DNA of 64,000 nt from a virus. Taxonomy: Duplodnaviria; Caudoviricetes. Location of the stretch: the IMG/VR virus record IMGVR_UViG_3300044711_000045, positions 5,300-69,299 of that record. The stretch is one strand, 5' to 3'. The translations under genes and the position numbers were made by a program. The notes under the pieces are model-generated. The model worked only from the letters and a program-made list of their open reading frames with translations. It made no database searches and was not told where the DNA came from. Of this stretch, positions 1-8,442 are shown piece after piece (position 1 is the stretch's first letter; every line of letters begins with the position of its first letter).

Positions 1-2187
1 GGCGATCTTACTTATGTCAACAACTACGCAGGCTCCCTTTCTCTCTCTGAGACAATTGCAACGTCTGACCTTACAGGAACCTTAGCAGTTACATCAGGAT
101 CAGCAACCGTTACAGGTACGGCAACAGTGTTTACGACGGAATTGAACCCCGGTCAATTTGTAATCGCAGTCAACACTTCTACTCACGAATCCTACTGGTT
201 GGCAGTTAAGCAGATCGTTTCAGATACCTCATTCATTGCGTGGCGCGCGGTTACGTCTTCACGATCAGGCATGACGGGCAAGCGTACTCCAGTTATCTTC
301 GCCGTAGACCAACAACGGGGCACACAAATCTGGGGCAACACAATCCGTCTTGACCGTGGCACGTTGCTATCAGTGGGAGATGGAACGTTTCGACTCAACG
401 GAACGGCAATCAGCGCATCTCTCACCGTCACGCGAGCGCCTAAAATCTCGCTCTACAATTCAGGTGCGGGTACGTATACCAACTTTACGTTGGGAATGAC
501 GTTGAGTAACGTAACGATTACAGCAGCATCCAACACGAATCCGGTTTCCTTGACTTCAAATGCTCATGGTCTATCCACGGGAGATGGAATTACGATCTCA
601 GGTGGAACGGGTAATTGGACGGCTATTAATGGGTCATGGACCATCACCGTCACGGGAGCAAACACCTTCACAATTCCAGTTGACTCGACTGCGTTTGGTG
701 CGTTAACTGGCACACCTGTTTACCCTTCTCGCCCCATACTCGTAGCAGCGGCGGGTGGGACTAAGAACATGCAGGCAGGTGTGTATTCAGTCGTTATCAC
801 TCCTGCTCGTACGCAAACATTAGGATTCAATAATCCTTCACAACGGGCTACCGTAACTCTCACCGATAACCAGCGGATTCAAATTACCTTCCCAGCGATG
901 GACACTACAAACGGTCAAAACGCATGGGGAGTTTGGGTAACGCGATACGCGGATACACTCGGCGCGGATAAAAACAATCTACTTGGTCCTTGGTATTACC
1001 TCGACCAGTACAGTGGCTCAACGTCGGGGTTCTCGACTTTCATTGAATGGTACGACGCGGAGGTAGAGCGCAATGATCTAGTTACTTACGAAAACGATCC
1101 ACCTCCGTCTGCTAATTTCGTTGCGTTACTTAATAACGTCCCCGTGTGGATCAGTTGTCAAGGGGCGAACGGATCATCTCCCGGCCCGTTTATCTTCCCT
1201 GCGAAACCGGGGAACATTGAAGCGGCCCCGGCGATCATCGCGTTTTCATCGTCGCCACCTGAGACGATTGTAGGCGCAGTATCAGCGGCGGGGCGAGTCT
1301 ACCTGATGACTACAAATCATCTGGAGATTGCACAAGGAACGCCCGACTCGTCTGTGCCCGTTCTCATCCGTCCATTTTGGACAGTGGGATTCACTCGTCC
1401 TGACCAGTTAGCTTTCATCAACGACACGCTCTATGGTCACTCAGTTCAAGGTCCGGCTCGCTCCGCTACAGACGGCGTGCCGGGGTCAGAAGAATTTGAT
1501 TTTGCCATAGACGTAAGCGAGTTTACTGACACGTGGGTAGCGGGTCACGCGCTCGTGGCTTACGATCCCGTCAATAATATAGTTTGTTATTTCCATGTAG
1601 CAGAATCAGTGAATGCAAGCGGATTTTGGACGACTCGAATACTTGGATATGGGCTAAGACAGCAAGCGTGGATAGCGGACATTACACTCTCATCGACTAC
1701 TCAAGATATGATCGTAACGAGTTGCGCGATGGTGCAAAATCGGCTGCAATTTCTCTGCGGTGGACGATTAGCAAACGATTCCGTGAGTGTTGGTAGTTAT
1801 CAATTTGATTCAATCTCAGGTGATACAATAGCAATGTACATCGCGCCTCCGTTTACCGATTACAACAGCGAGCTAAGAGCGCACACCGTTAAACGCATTG
1901 GGGCGCGCTGCAAGTCAACGAGTGGCTCAATAGGGGTGTTTGGAGCGCAAGCATCAGAAGCGATTCCAGTCACCGCGCTGGAAACTGGCAATTCTTCAAG
2001 TTTGACAGGTGCAGTCAGTCTTACGCCTAACAGTACAAGTGTTACTCAATATCCTCAACTGCAAGTGAATTGCTCAGGGTTGGCACAGAGTACGATACGG
2101 TTTCAGTCAACTTACTCAGGGTCGGGAACACTAGAACGGGTTGACGAGATTGTGGTTGAATCAAGTTCTATCGGTTGTCGTATATGA
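1..2187 (+). CDS. Tail tubular / packaged-DNA stabilisation protein (P22 gp10 / T7 gp12-like), 5'-truncated by window
   Basis: Frame 1 is open from base 1 (GDLTYVNNYAG...) into the tracked ORF. Beta-rich and lies upstream of GNAT and pilot-like genes as in podovirus tail modules. Contains an FCCH-like insert (TNPVSLTSNAHGLSTGDGITISG...NTFTI). Confidence 0.65.
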   Translation, partial: GDLTYVNNYAGSLSLSETIATSDLTGTLAVTSGSATVTGTATVFTTELNPGQFVIAVNTSTHESYWLAVKQIVSDTSFIAWRAVTSSRSGMTGKRTPVIFAVDQQRGTQIWGNTIRLDRGTLLSVGDGTFRLNGTAISASLTVTRAPKISLYNSGAGTYTNFTLGMTLSNVTITAASNTNPVSLTSNAHGLSTGDGITISGGTGNWTAINGSWTITVTGANTFTIPVDSTAFGALTGTPVYPSRPILVAAAGGTKNMQAGVYSVVITPARTQTLGFNNPSQRATVTLTDNQRIQITFPAMDTTNGQNAWGVWVTRYADTLGADKNNLLGPWYYLDQYSGSTSGFSTFIEWYDAEVERNDLVTYENDPPPSANFVALLNNVPVWISCQGANGSSPGPFIFPAKPGNIEAAPAIIAFSSSPPETIVGAVSAAGRVYLMTTNHLEIAQGTPDSSVPVLIRPFWTVGFTRPDQLAFINDTLYGHSVQGPARSATDGVPGSEEFDFAIDVSEFTDTWVAGHALVAYDPVNNIVCYFHVAESVNASGFWTTRILGYGLRQQAWIADITLSSTTQDMIVTSCAMVQNRLQFLCGGRLANDSVSVGSYQFDSISGDTIAMYIAPPFTDYNSELRAHTVKRIGARCKSTSGSIGVFGAQASEAIPVTALETGNSSSLTGAVSLTPNSTSVTQYPQLQVNCSGLAQSTIRFQSTYSGSGTLERVDEIVVESSSIGCRI

Positions 2188-2736
2188 CGGAAACACTCTT
2201 GGGTTTTGAACGTTGCGGGTGCCGTAATACCAATTCCGTCTCCGTGCATTTGTGCATTCTCGACAGCGCCGCGCTCCTTGAACCCATATTGTATTTTCAG
2301 AGTCAAACTCGTGATTGCGCTGACAATGGGTTCTACGCTCTACGGTGCGCTGGATGTTGACGGTTTTAGGGACAGCCTCTAAGTGAACGGGATTACAACA
2401 TAAGGGACGTTGACAGAGGTGGTCTACCTCAATTTGTTCGCGGGTAACTTTCAGGGAAGAAGGCAATGGCGCAATAAGCCACGCATACATCAACCGATGA
2501 GTAGATTCATACTTACCTCGCCAAGAACAAGATCCGTACTTCAGATTGTGAAGTCGTCCTTGCCAAATCCAACAAGGGACATCGTTCCATGCGACTGCGG
2601 AATCAATCTTTATTCTGGAAAAGATTCGGATCAGGTCTTTTGTTGGGATGTGATTTACGGTAAGGTATTTAATGATCATGCGCTGAAACTCCTTAAGCGT
2701 TGGTTCAGTGTGTGGTCGGGCTCGTTGGGCGTACAA
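2161..2736 (-). CDS. HNH homing endonuclease (HNH_3 type) with C-terminal Cys/His motif
   Basis: CWIWQG...HRLMY...VDHLCQRPLCCNPVHLEAV, then THCQRNHEF...CREC. Inserted antisense between structural genes. Confidence 0.9.
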   Translation of the reverse strand: MYAQRARPHTEPTLKEFQRMIIKYLTVNHIPTKDLIRIFSRIKIDSAVAWNDVPCWIWQGRLHNLKYGSCSWRGKYESTHRLMYAWLIAPLPSSLKVTREQIEVDHLCQRPLCCNPVHLEAVPKTVNIQRTVERRTHCQRNHEFDSENTIWVQGARRCRECTNARRRNWYYGTRNVQNPRVFPSYTTTDRT

Positions 2737-2768
2737 CCCTACGGGCCATTTTCACGGGAGATTATACC

Positions 2769-3488
2769 ATGAGAGATTCAACGATAGTTGATAATGATAT
2801 TACCTATATTGAGTACGGGCAAAATGAGTTTGACGTTCCCGCGCAACAGGTCATTACGGGTACGGCAATAACCAGCTTGAATGGCCTTACTGGGCCGAAT
2901 GTTAATTCAGTTGGTGGTACGTCTGGCTTTAGCTACTCGCCTTCAGGTATAACAATCATCCTTGTCAGTCCACTTACAACCAAAGGTGACATCTACACGC
3001 ACGACGCTACCAACGGTTCACGCCTCGCAGTCGGAACCGACGGCCAAGTGCTCACCGCCGATTCTGCGTCAACGAATGGAATCAAGTGGGCAGCGGGAGC
3101 CAGTAGCACGTCTCTTCCGGTTCTAAACACGCAATCATTCAGCCTCAACAACGCTGCCGCGCAGACTCTCTACACTGTCCCGCCGGGAAAGTCGGCTATT
3201 GTGACTTTTGTTGTAGGACGAGCACCTAGCGTGGATCTTAGTGGGGGCACGACAACGTTTCTGACCTTTGGCTTTAATGCGGGAGCAAACGACTGGAGTA
3301 CAACTAACAACTACTCTACAACCGCGCTGACTTCCGCGACCTTTTATCAAATGCAAAGTCAGGAGGTTGCCAGTGGCAACGGGCCAGCAGTTATCGGAAC
3401 AGCGGGGCAGGCGTTCAAGGCAATTGTGGATGCGGCGTTTGGCTCGGCGGCCACGTTGACTATTTCAGTTTTAGGCTATGAGTTCTGA
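2769..3488 (+). CDS. Virion fibre-like structural protein
   Basis: ATG 2769 after GGGAG (2756-2760). Has the fibre-type motif TTKGDIY...RLAVGTDGQVLTADS...GIKW and is G/S/T-rich. Confidence 0.55.
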   Translation: MRDSTIVDNDITYIEYGQNEFDVPAQQVITGTAITSLNGLTGPNVNSVGGTSGFSYSPSGITIILVSPLTTKGDIYTHDATNGSRLAVGTDGQVLTADSASTNGIKWAAGASSTSLPVLNTQSFSLNNAAAQTLYTVPPGKSAIVTFVVGRAPSVDLSGGTTTFLTFGFNAGANDWSTTNNYSTTALTSATFYQMQSQEVASGNGPAVIGTAGQAFKAIVDAAFGSAATLTISVLGYEF

Positions 3489-3975
3489 GCTGATCATTTG
3501 TCGCCTTGATCCCGCCGTGGATCGTGAGTTGTTTGAGATTGCGTATCACTGGGATGAAAACAGCCCTCGGTGGTATCGTGAGTCGGATGGTATTTTTCGG
3601 CCAAGTTTAGAAGAGCTAACAACGCCAGATGATAACCAATCCTTCATTGGCGTATTCAACGGATCGTACATTGGACTTCTCGCTCTTAGCTTACGCGCCA
3701 AGGGAATATTTGAACTGCACATGTGGGCCAAGCGAGGGTCGGACGCAGCCACGATAGCGGAAGCGGCGTTTCACGTGAAACGTTCACTGTTCAAAGACCT
3801 AGACGCCAAGAATCTCTTTGCGATGGTCGCGAAAAAGAATTACAAAGTCAGAGAAATGTGCAACAATGTTGGACTGGTGGAAACAGGTGCGGTAATGATC
3901 AAGGGGACCTACGGAAATCGTTGTATCGAGTGGTTAGAACATGCTGCAATAGATGAGCAAGAACAAAAAAACTAA
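3478..3975 (+). CDS. GNAT-fold protein of the podovirus tail/ejection module
   Basis: FIGVFNGSYIGLL...FELHMW...NLFAMVAKKNYKV..MCNNVGLVETG pattern, in the position typical after the stabilisation gene. Confidence 0.65.
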   Translation: MSSELIICRLDPAVDRELFEIAYHWDENSPRWYRESDGIFRPSLEELTTPDDNQSFIGVFNGSYIGLLALSLRAKGIFELHMWAKRGSDAATIAEAAFHVKRSLFKDLDAKNLFAMVAKKNYKVREMCNNVGLVETGAVMIKGTYGNRCIEWLEHAAIDEQEQKN

Positions 3976-4438
3976 AACCGATCAGACGCAGAACACCAAT
4001 TACAATAACACCTCTGGTTACAATTGGTTTACCCCGACTGATACAGCGGACACCAAAGCTTTTCGTGACTGGAAACCGCAAATTGATCCGGGGCTAGGTT
4101 ATCAATATGGGCGAGCGCGTAATGATCTTAAGAATTCATTTCTGAATCCTCTCGGAGGTTTCAGTTCTCCACAAATTGCGGATGCTCAATTACGAACCGG
4201 CATGAGCCGACTAAACGAACAGGAATCGCAGTCGTTCCGACAGGGACAAAATGACGTTAATACGCAACGTGGCAGTCAATTAGGATCGTTGGCTGCTTTG
4301 ACGGCTCCACGCCTTGCGCAGACGAGTAGCAGCGGGAGCAGTACAGGAACGGGAACTTCAACGACAACGCAACCAAGTGGACTATTTGGCGATCTGGCAA
4401 GTGGTGCAATGACGGGAATAATGGCGCTTTTGATGTAA
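3953..4438 (+). CDS. Putative internal virion / DNA pilot protein
   Basis: S/T/Q-rich with a hydrophobic Gly-rich C-terminus (GLFGDLASGAMTGIMALLM). Follows the GNAT gene. Confidence 0.5.
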   Translation: MSKNKKTKTDQTQNTNYNNTSGYNWFTPTDTADTKAFRDWKPQIDPGLGYQYGRARNDLKNSFLNPLGGFSSPQIADAQLRTGMSRLNEQESQSFRQGQNDVNTQRGSQLGSLAALTAPRLAQTSSSGSSTGTGTSTTTQPSGLFGDLASGAMTGIMALLM

Positions 4439-5094
4439 TGCTCATCGATGAACTCCGAGACTCAATACGATGCCAATTAGAGAAGGCAAAGAATCCGACA
4501 GTACTCAGTTCGTTTCAGCGCGATTCCACACTCCTTCTCCACCTGCTCGCGCCAATAGTCAATCTCCCTGTCATCTGGTTTCGGGAGCGAATGAACAAGT
4601 GCGCGGAGCGAACGATACAACAATTGAATCTCACCGTGTACTCCTATCCACCCGCCGACCAATATTTGATCCAATCGGAGAGTACGATAACCTTAGTCTC
4701 GGAATACTCGGTCGGTACAGCGCGATTGCCGAGGTTGCAGGACTTGATCGTGGGCGAAGGGGAATTGAGGATTAACGAGAAGCGTATGGCCCACTTCGAC
4801 TACCCTTTCGATTTAACCCTCTACGGCTATCGGCGGTGTGATCGTCATCCGTTGATCGACGTTGAGTTTGAGCAGGAGTTGGTGTTTGGACCAACGAGAT
4901 TGTTTGCACCGTTGTACGATTTAACCGACGAGCAGGTGCAGCAATGCTGCGATGACTTGGAAATCGCTTGTGATGAATTTGTAGACGATGACATTCCCGT
5001 GAGCGCAGAAACATTTGCACTTATCGAAAGTTGGGAGTGGGATAAAGACACTGCACTTTCCAACTTTAAGACACGTTTCGGACTACCGCATTAG
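4438..5094 (+). CDS. Hypothetical protein
   Basis: 218 aa ORF coupled to both neighbours. No motif recognised. Confidence 0.6.
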   Translation: MLIDELRDSIRCQLEKAKNPTVLSSFQRDSTLLLHLLAPIVNLPVIWFRERMNKCAERTIQQLNLTVYSYPPADQYLIQSESTITLVSEYSVGTARLPRLQDLIVGEGELRINEKRMAHFDYPFDLTLYGYRRCDRHPLIDVEFEQELVFGPTRLFAPLYDLTDEQVQQCCDDLEIACDEFVDDDIPVSAETFALIESWEWDKDTALSNFKTRFGLPH

Positions 5095-5106
5095 AAGGAG
5101 ATCGAT

Positions 5107-5655
5107 ATGTCAATAGACGCCATAGGACGCCAACAGGTAACGCTTAGCGCATCGGCAGCGGCTACTGTCGGCCCCGAAGTCACCCAAGTTATCTGCAACG
5201 CTACCTCAGCAGGATTTACGCTGACCTTAACCGACTTCAACGATGGCGCTAAGCACCAATTGGAAGTCTTAATGTCTCCTTCTGACTCCAGTGGAAATGA
5301 CGTAACGATTTCCGGCAATGCGGGAGCGTTTACAACCACGGTGAGCAGTGATGGGTCTACTTCAGTTCTGCTTGAGACGCAATACAACGGGACATGGTTT
5401 GTGGTGGCGGATGTATCCACTGGCAGTGCGGCTGCGGCTAATTCTCGCGCAGTGTCGGCGGGTTTGGCAGCGTCTGGTTCAACTTCAGTAGCTACCAGTC
5501 AGAATGGCTCACAGAGTCAGAACGTTTCCAGCACGCAATCTATCGCTACCAGTGCGGTGCTGAGTGGTGTTTCTGCCACAGCGTCCATTGCCACAAGTCA
5601 GAATGCGTCACAGTCATTGAACGTGTCATCAGCAATGAGCTTGGCTTCATCGTGA
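5107..5655 (+). CDS. Ser/Ala-rich putative virion protein with C-terminal ATSQNxSQSxNVSS repeats
   Basis: RBS AAGGAG upstream. N-terminal beta-rich domain, then two imperfect repeats. Confidence 0.6.
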   Translation: MSIDAIGRQQVTLSASAAATVGPEVTQVICNATSAGFTLTLTDFNDGAKHQLEVLMSPSDSSGNDVTISGNAGAFTTTVSSDGSTSVLLETQYNGTWFVVADVSTGSAAAANSRAVSAGLAASGSTSVATSQNGSQSQNVSSTQSIATSAVLSGVSATASIATSQNASQSLNVSSAMSLASS

Positions 5656-6632
5656 AGGTTGTACATCTTACAGCTTTCAATATGTCCGGGATGAACCGCG
5701 TGGCTGAGGCAATGTCTCTGGCCGAACGCCAACTAGGACTCGATTCGTATTTAGTCAATGTTCAGGAAACAGTAGTTGGTGAATGGGATAAATATTTGGA
5801 TGCGGATATTTTCGTTGCGCATACTCACTTCCCGAATGAGATTCGTTACGGTGCCACCAAAAAGTACAAACTGGTTTTCCCGATTCATGGAACGATTGAG
5901 TACATTTTTAATTCTGCGATTGAAGATGGACAACGTGGCTACGGACATGGTGATGGCTGGATGTTGTTTCAATACTGGCTGCAAAATGCAGATGTAATTG
6001 TAACTTTTTGGCCTCGACATCAGGCCATTGTGCAGACGATGGTGGACAAGAACACGAGAGTAAACCTTGTGCCATTAGGAATTGATAAAGCTCATTGGAG
6101 TGGAGGAAAGAGTAAGGGGAAGTTTGCGGGCGATCCATCGCTGTTCACGGCTGAGAATTGCCACTCGATTAAATGGCCGTTCGATCTTTTTATTGCGTGG
6201 CCGATGGTATATAGAGAAGTACCGCGAGCGTCGTTACATGCAAACTATTTACCGCTTGATAAGCATAGATGGTTTTTCCCCTTGATCAATCGAAATGGAG
6301 CAAGTTACGGATCGTATGTGTCTCCGTTGACATTTCCACATGATGAATTACCGAATGTACTGAAGTCGGTTGATTTCCAGATCGGCCTTGTACAAAAAGG
6401 GGATTTCAATAGGTTATCGCTTGAATCCAACGCGGCTGGATGTAAGACCATTAGCTACGAGGGAAATCCCTACAGTTGGTTTTGGGTGCGTGAAGGTGAT
6501 CAGCGAAGGATCGCGCAAGACTTGATATCAATCCTGAAAGGCGAAGTTGAGCCACGAGTGGATAGACTGGAACCGCCCGACGCCAAAGACATGGCCGAGG
6601 CGATGATGAAGGTTTATGAGTCGGTTCTATGA
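5652..6632 (+). CDS. Glycosyltransferase, GT-B fold (GT4-like)
   Basis: MKVVHL...SGMNRVAE, ADIFVAH, ADVIVT, NLVPLGID, VLKSVDFQI...LSLESNAAGCKTI pattern. Confidence 0.8.
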   Translation: MKVVHLTAFNMSGMNRVAEAMSLAERQLGLDSYLVNVQETVVGEWDKYLDADIFVAHTHFPNEIRYGATKKYKLVFPIHGTIEYIFNSAIEDGQRGYGHGDGWMLFQYWLQNADVIVTFWPRHQAIVQTMVDKNTRVNLVPLGIDKAHWSGGKSKGKFAGDPSLFTAENCHSIKWPFDLFIAWPMVYREVPRASLHANYLPLDKHRWFFPLINRNGASYGSYVSPLTFPHDELPNVLKSVDFQIGLVQKGDFNRLSLESNAAGCKTISYEGNPYSWFWVREGDQRRIAQDLISILKGEVEPRVDRLEPPDAKDMAEAMMKVYESVL

Positions 6633-7147
6633 AGCATCCAACTGCACAGATCCATCCCCTTGCTTATGTTAGTGAGTACGCTCACATTGGTGCTTATTGC
6701 GTAGTGTGGCAGTTTGCTTCTGTACTTGAAAACGCAACCTTGAGTACCTGTGTCTCCGTAGGCGCGGGGAGTGAGATTGGTAAGGGAAGTCGGATAGGTC
6801 ATCATTCGCGGATTTCGGCGCAGGTGTTTATTCCGGCAAATACGAGGATAGGGCATCACTCTTTCATTGGCCCTCGCGTGGTGATGACGGATGATAAATT
6901 CCCGCGAGCGGGGAACGAGAACTACACCGCTCAGTCACCGCGTATTGGTAACGATGTTTCGGTTGGCGCGGGAGCGGTAATTCTGCCTAATGTGACCATT
7001 GGAGATCGCGCCCGCATAGCTGCCGGAGCTATCGTCACTCGTGACGTTCCCGCAGATGGATTTGTTCGTTGTGAACCAGCGCGAGAGTACGAGATGCCGT
7101 TGGAGTTCATTCACCGAGAGATGTTAGATGTAGTGGGAGAGAATTGA
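6629..7147 (+). CDS. Hexapeptide-repeat (left-handed beta-helix) acyl/acetyltransferase
   Basis: IHPLAYV..., PRIGNDVSVGAGAVILPNVTIGDRARIAAGAIVTRDVP. Confidence 0.9.
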   Translation: MKHPTAQIHPLAYVSEYAHIGAYCVVWQFASVLENATLSTCVSVGAGSEIGKGSRIGHHSRISAQVFIPANTRIGHHSFIGPRVVMTDDKFPRAGNENYTAQSPRIGNDVSVGAGAVILPNVTIGDRARIAAGAIVTRDVPADGFVRCEPAREYEMPLEFIHREMLDVVGEN

Positions 7148-7148
7148 G

Positions 7149-7475
7149 ATGGCAGAACAATATCCGTTTGTGTTCTTCAACGCGTCGATTACAAATGACG
7201 CTACGGCGGTATCAATAGACGCGCTTATTCGGGCAGCGGGCTATTCAGTGACAGGATCGTGTGTGTCGTTGAATGTGACCTGCAACACTGATGTCTACTG
7301 GGGTAATGCTTCAACTGTAACCAATACTAACGGGGCGTTGGTTGCGTCTGGTATTCCGGTGTCTGACGGCGCAGTCGGGGCAGCGAGTGATTGTATCCCC
7401 ATAGCACGCATGTTTATTTTTAACCATTCGGGCGGCACTTCAACTGCAACCATCTACGCTCGTTTCATTCCCTAA
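7149..7475 (+). CDS. Small putative structural protein
   Basis: RBS GGGAGA upstream. Beta-rich, 108 aa, in virion cluster. Confidence 0.55.
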   Translation: MAEQYPFVFFNASITNDATAVSIDALIRAAGYSVTGSCVSLNVTCNTDVYWGNASTVTNTNGALVASGIPVSDGAVGAASDCIPIARMFIFNHSGGTSTATIYARFIP

Positions 7476-7511
7476 CATGCATGGCCCAACTAACCCTCTC
7501 ATCGTTTCAGA

Positions 7512-7570
7512 ACGTGTTACAATGTAACCAGATAAATGCTCCGACGACTAAGCCAATAGTCCCGGAGCGT
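7512..7570 (+). promoter_or_regulatory. Extended -10 promoter within a palindrome, plus hairpin leader of the HNH gene
   Basis: TG-T-TACAAT at 7515-7523 lies inside the palindrome GTTACA-A-TGTAAC. Downstream hairpin GCTCCG..GACTA/TAGTC..CGGAGC. Confidence 0.45.
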
Positions 7571-7608
7571 GGTCGATTCATTCACGGATTAAGGAGAAAT
7601 GAACCAAC

Positions 7609-8442
7609 ATGGCTGATAGTACCACGACAGTTCGCAATCGCAAGAAAAACTATCTATGCGTTCGATGTGGCGTTAATCCGTCTAAAGAGGGCACGTTTGT
7701 TTGCGCGGTATGTGCCCCATTGGACGTTTCCCGATCACGTAGATTACAGATTCGACTTAAGGCTGCGGGGCGTTGTATTCAATGCGGTAAGAAAGGTCGC
7801 CCAAATAAGAATCTTTGTTTATCTTGCAATGCTCAACGAACAAAACACAGTGCGGTTGTTAGAGAGAGACGTAGACAGCAAGGGGTTTGCGTACGATGCA
7901 GAGTTCGACCACCCCGGAACGGTATTCAGACGTGTTTGCAGTGCGGTCAGCAAGACGCTGCTAACAGCAAAGCGCAGATATCTCGACGTAGGCAAAATGG
8001 TAAATGCACAAGTTGTGGTAAGAATCCTCCGAAGTACGTAGACGGGGCCATATGTGAGGACTGCCTAGATAGGAGCAGAATTAAGGCAGACCAGGAGCGC
8101 CAAGAGTTATTTAGTTGGTATGGTAGTAAATGTGAGTGTTGCGATGAGTCCAATATTTATTTTCTAGCAATTGACCATGTTAACAATAACGGCTCAGAGG
8201 ACCGTAAGATTAGGGGTGGCACCCAAGGGGTATTGCGTTGGCTTTACAAGCAGCGCCAACGAATTGAAGGTTATCGATTGCTCTGTCATAACTGTAACGG
8301 CTCAAGAGAGTTTTATGGAAGTTGTCCACACACATGGGAGAATCCGCGAGTACGTCCACATTATGCCGTAAGACGCGCTACTAGAAACGATTACTATGGC
8401 CGAAATCACACTCGACCAAATTCAACCTTTCCCGCAAGCTAA
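7609..8442 (+). CDS. HNH-type endonuclease with tandem N-terminal CxxC zinc-finger repeats
   Basis: Repeats of K/R-x-G-x-CxxC-G. C-terminal CECC...LAIDHVNNNG...YRLLCHNCN...CPH. Confidence 0.8.
   Translation: MADSTTTVRNRKKNYLCVRCGVNPSKEGTFVCAVCAPLDVSRSRRLQIRLKAAGRCIQCGKKGRPNKNLCLSCNAQRTKHSAVVRERRRQQGVCVRCRVRPPRNGIQTCLQCGQQDAANSKAQISRRRQNGKCTSCGKNPPKYVDGAICEDCLDRSRIKADQERQELFSWYGSKCECCDESNIYFLAIDHVNNNGSEDRKIRGGTQGVLRWLYKQRQRIEGYRLLCHNCNGSREFYGSCPHTWENPRVRPHYAVRRATRNDYYGRNHTRPNSTFPAS

Noticed and set aside
7481-8041. 186-aa ORF overlapping the zinc-finger HNH gene
   Set aside because: No RBS, no recognisable motif, and it overlaps a better-supported gene in another frame. Its 5' part contains the HNH promoter and hairpin.
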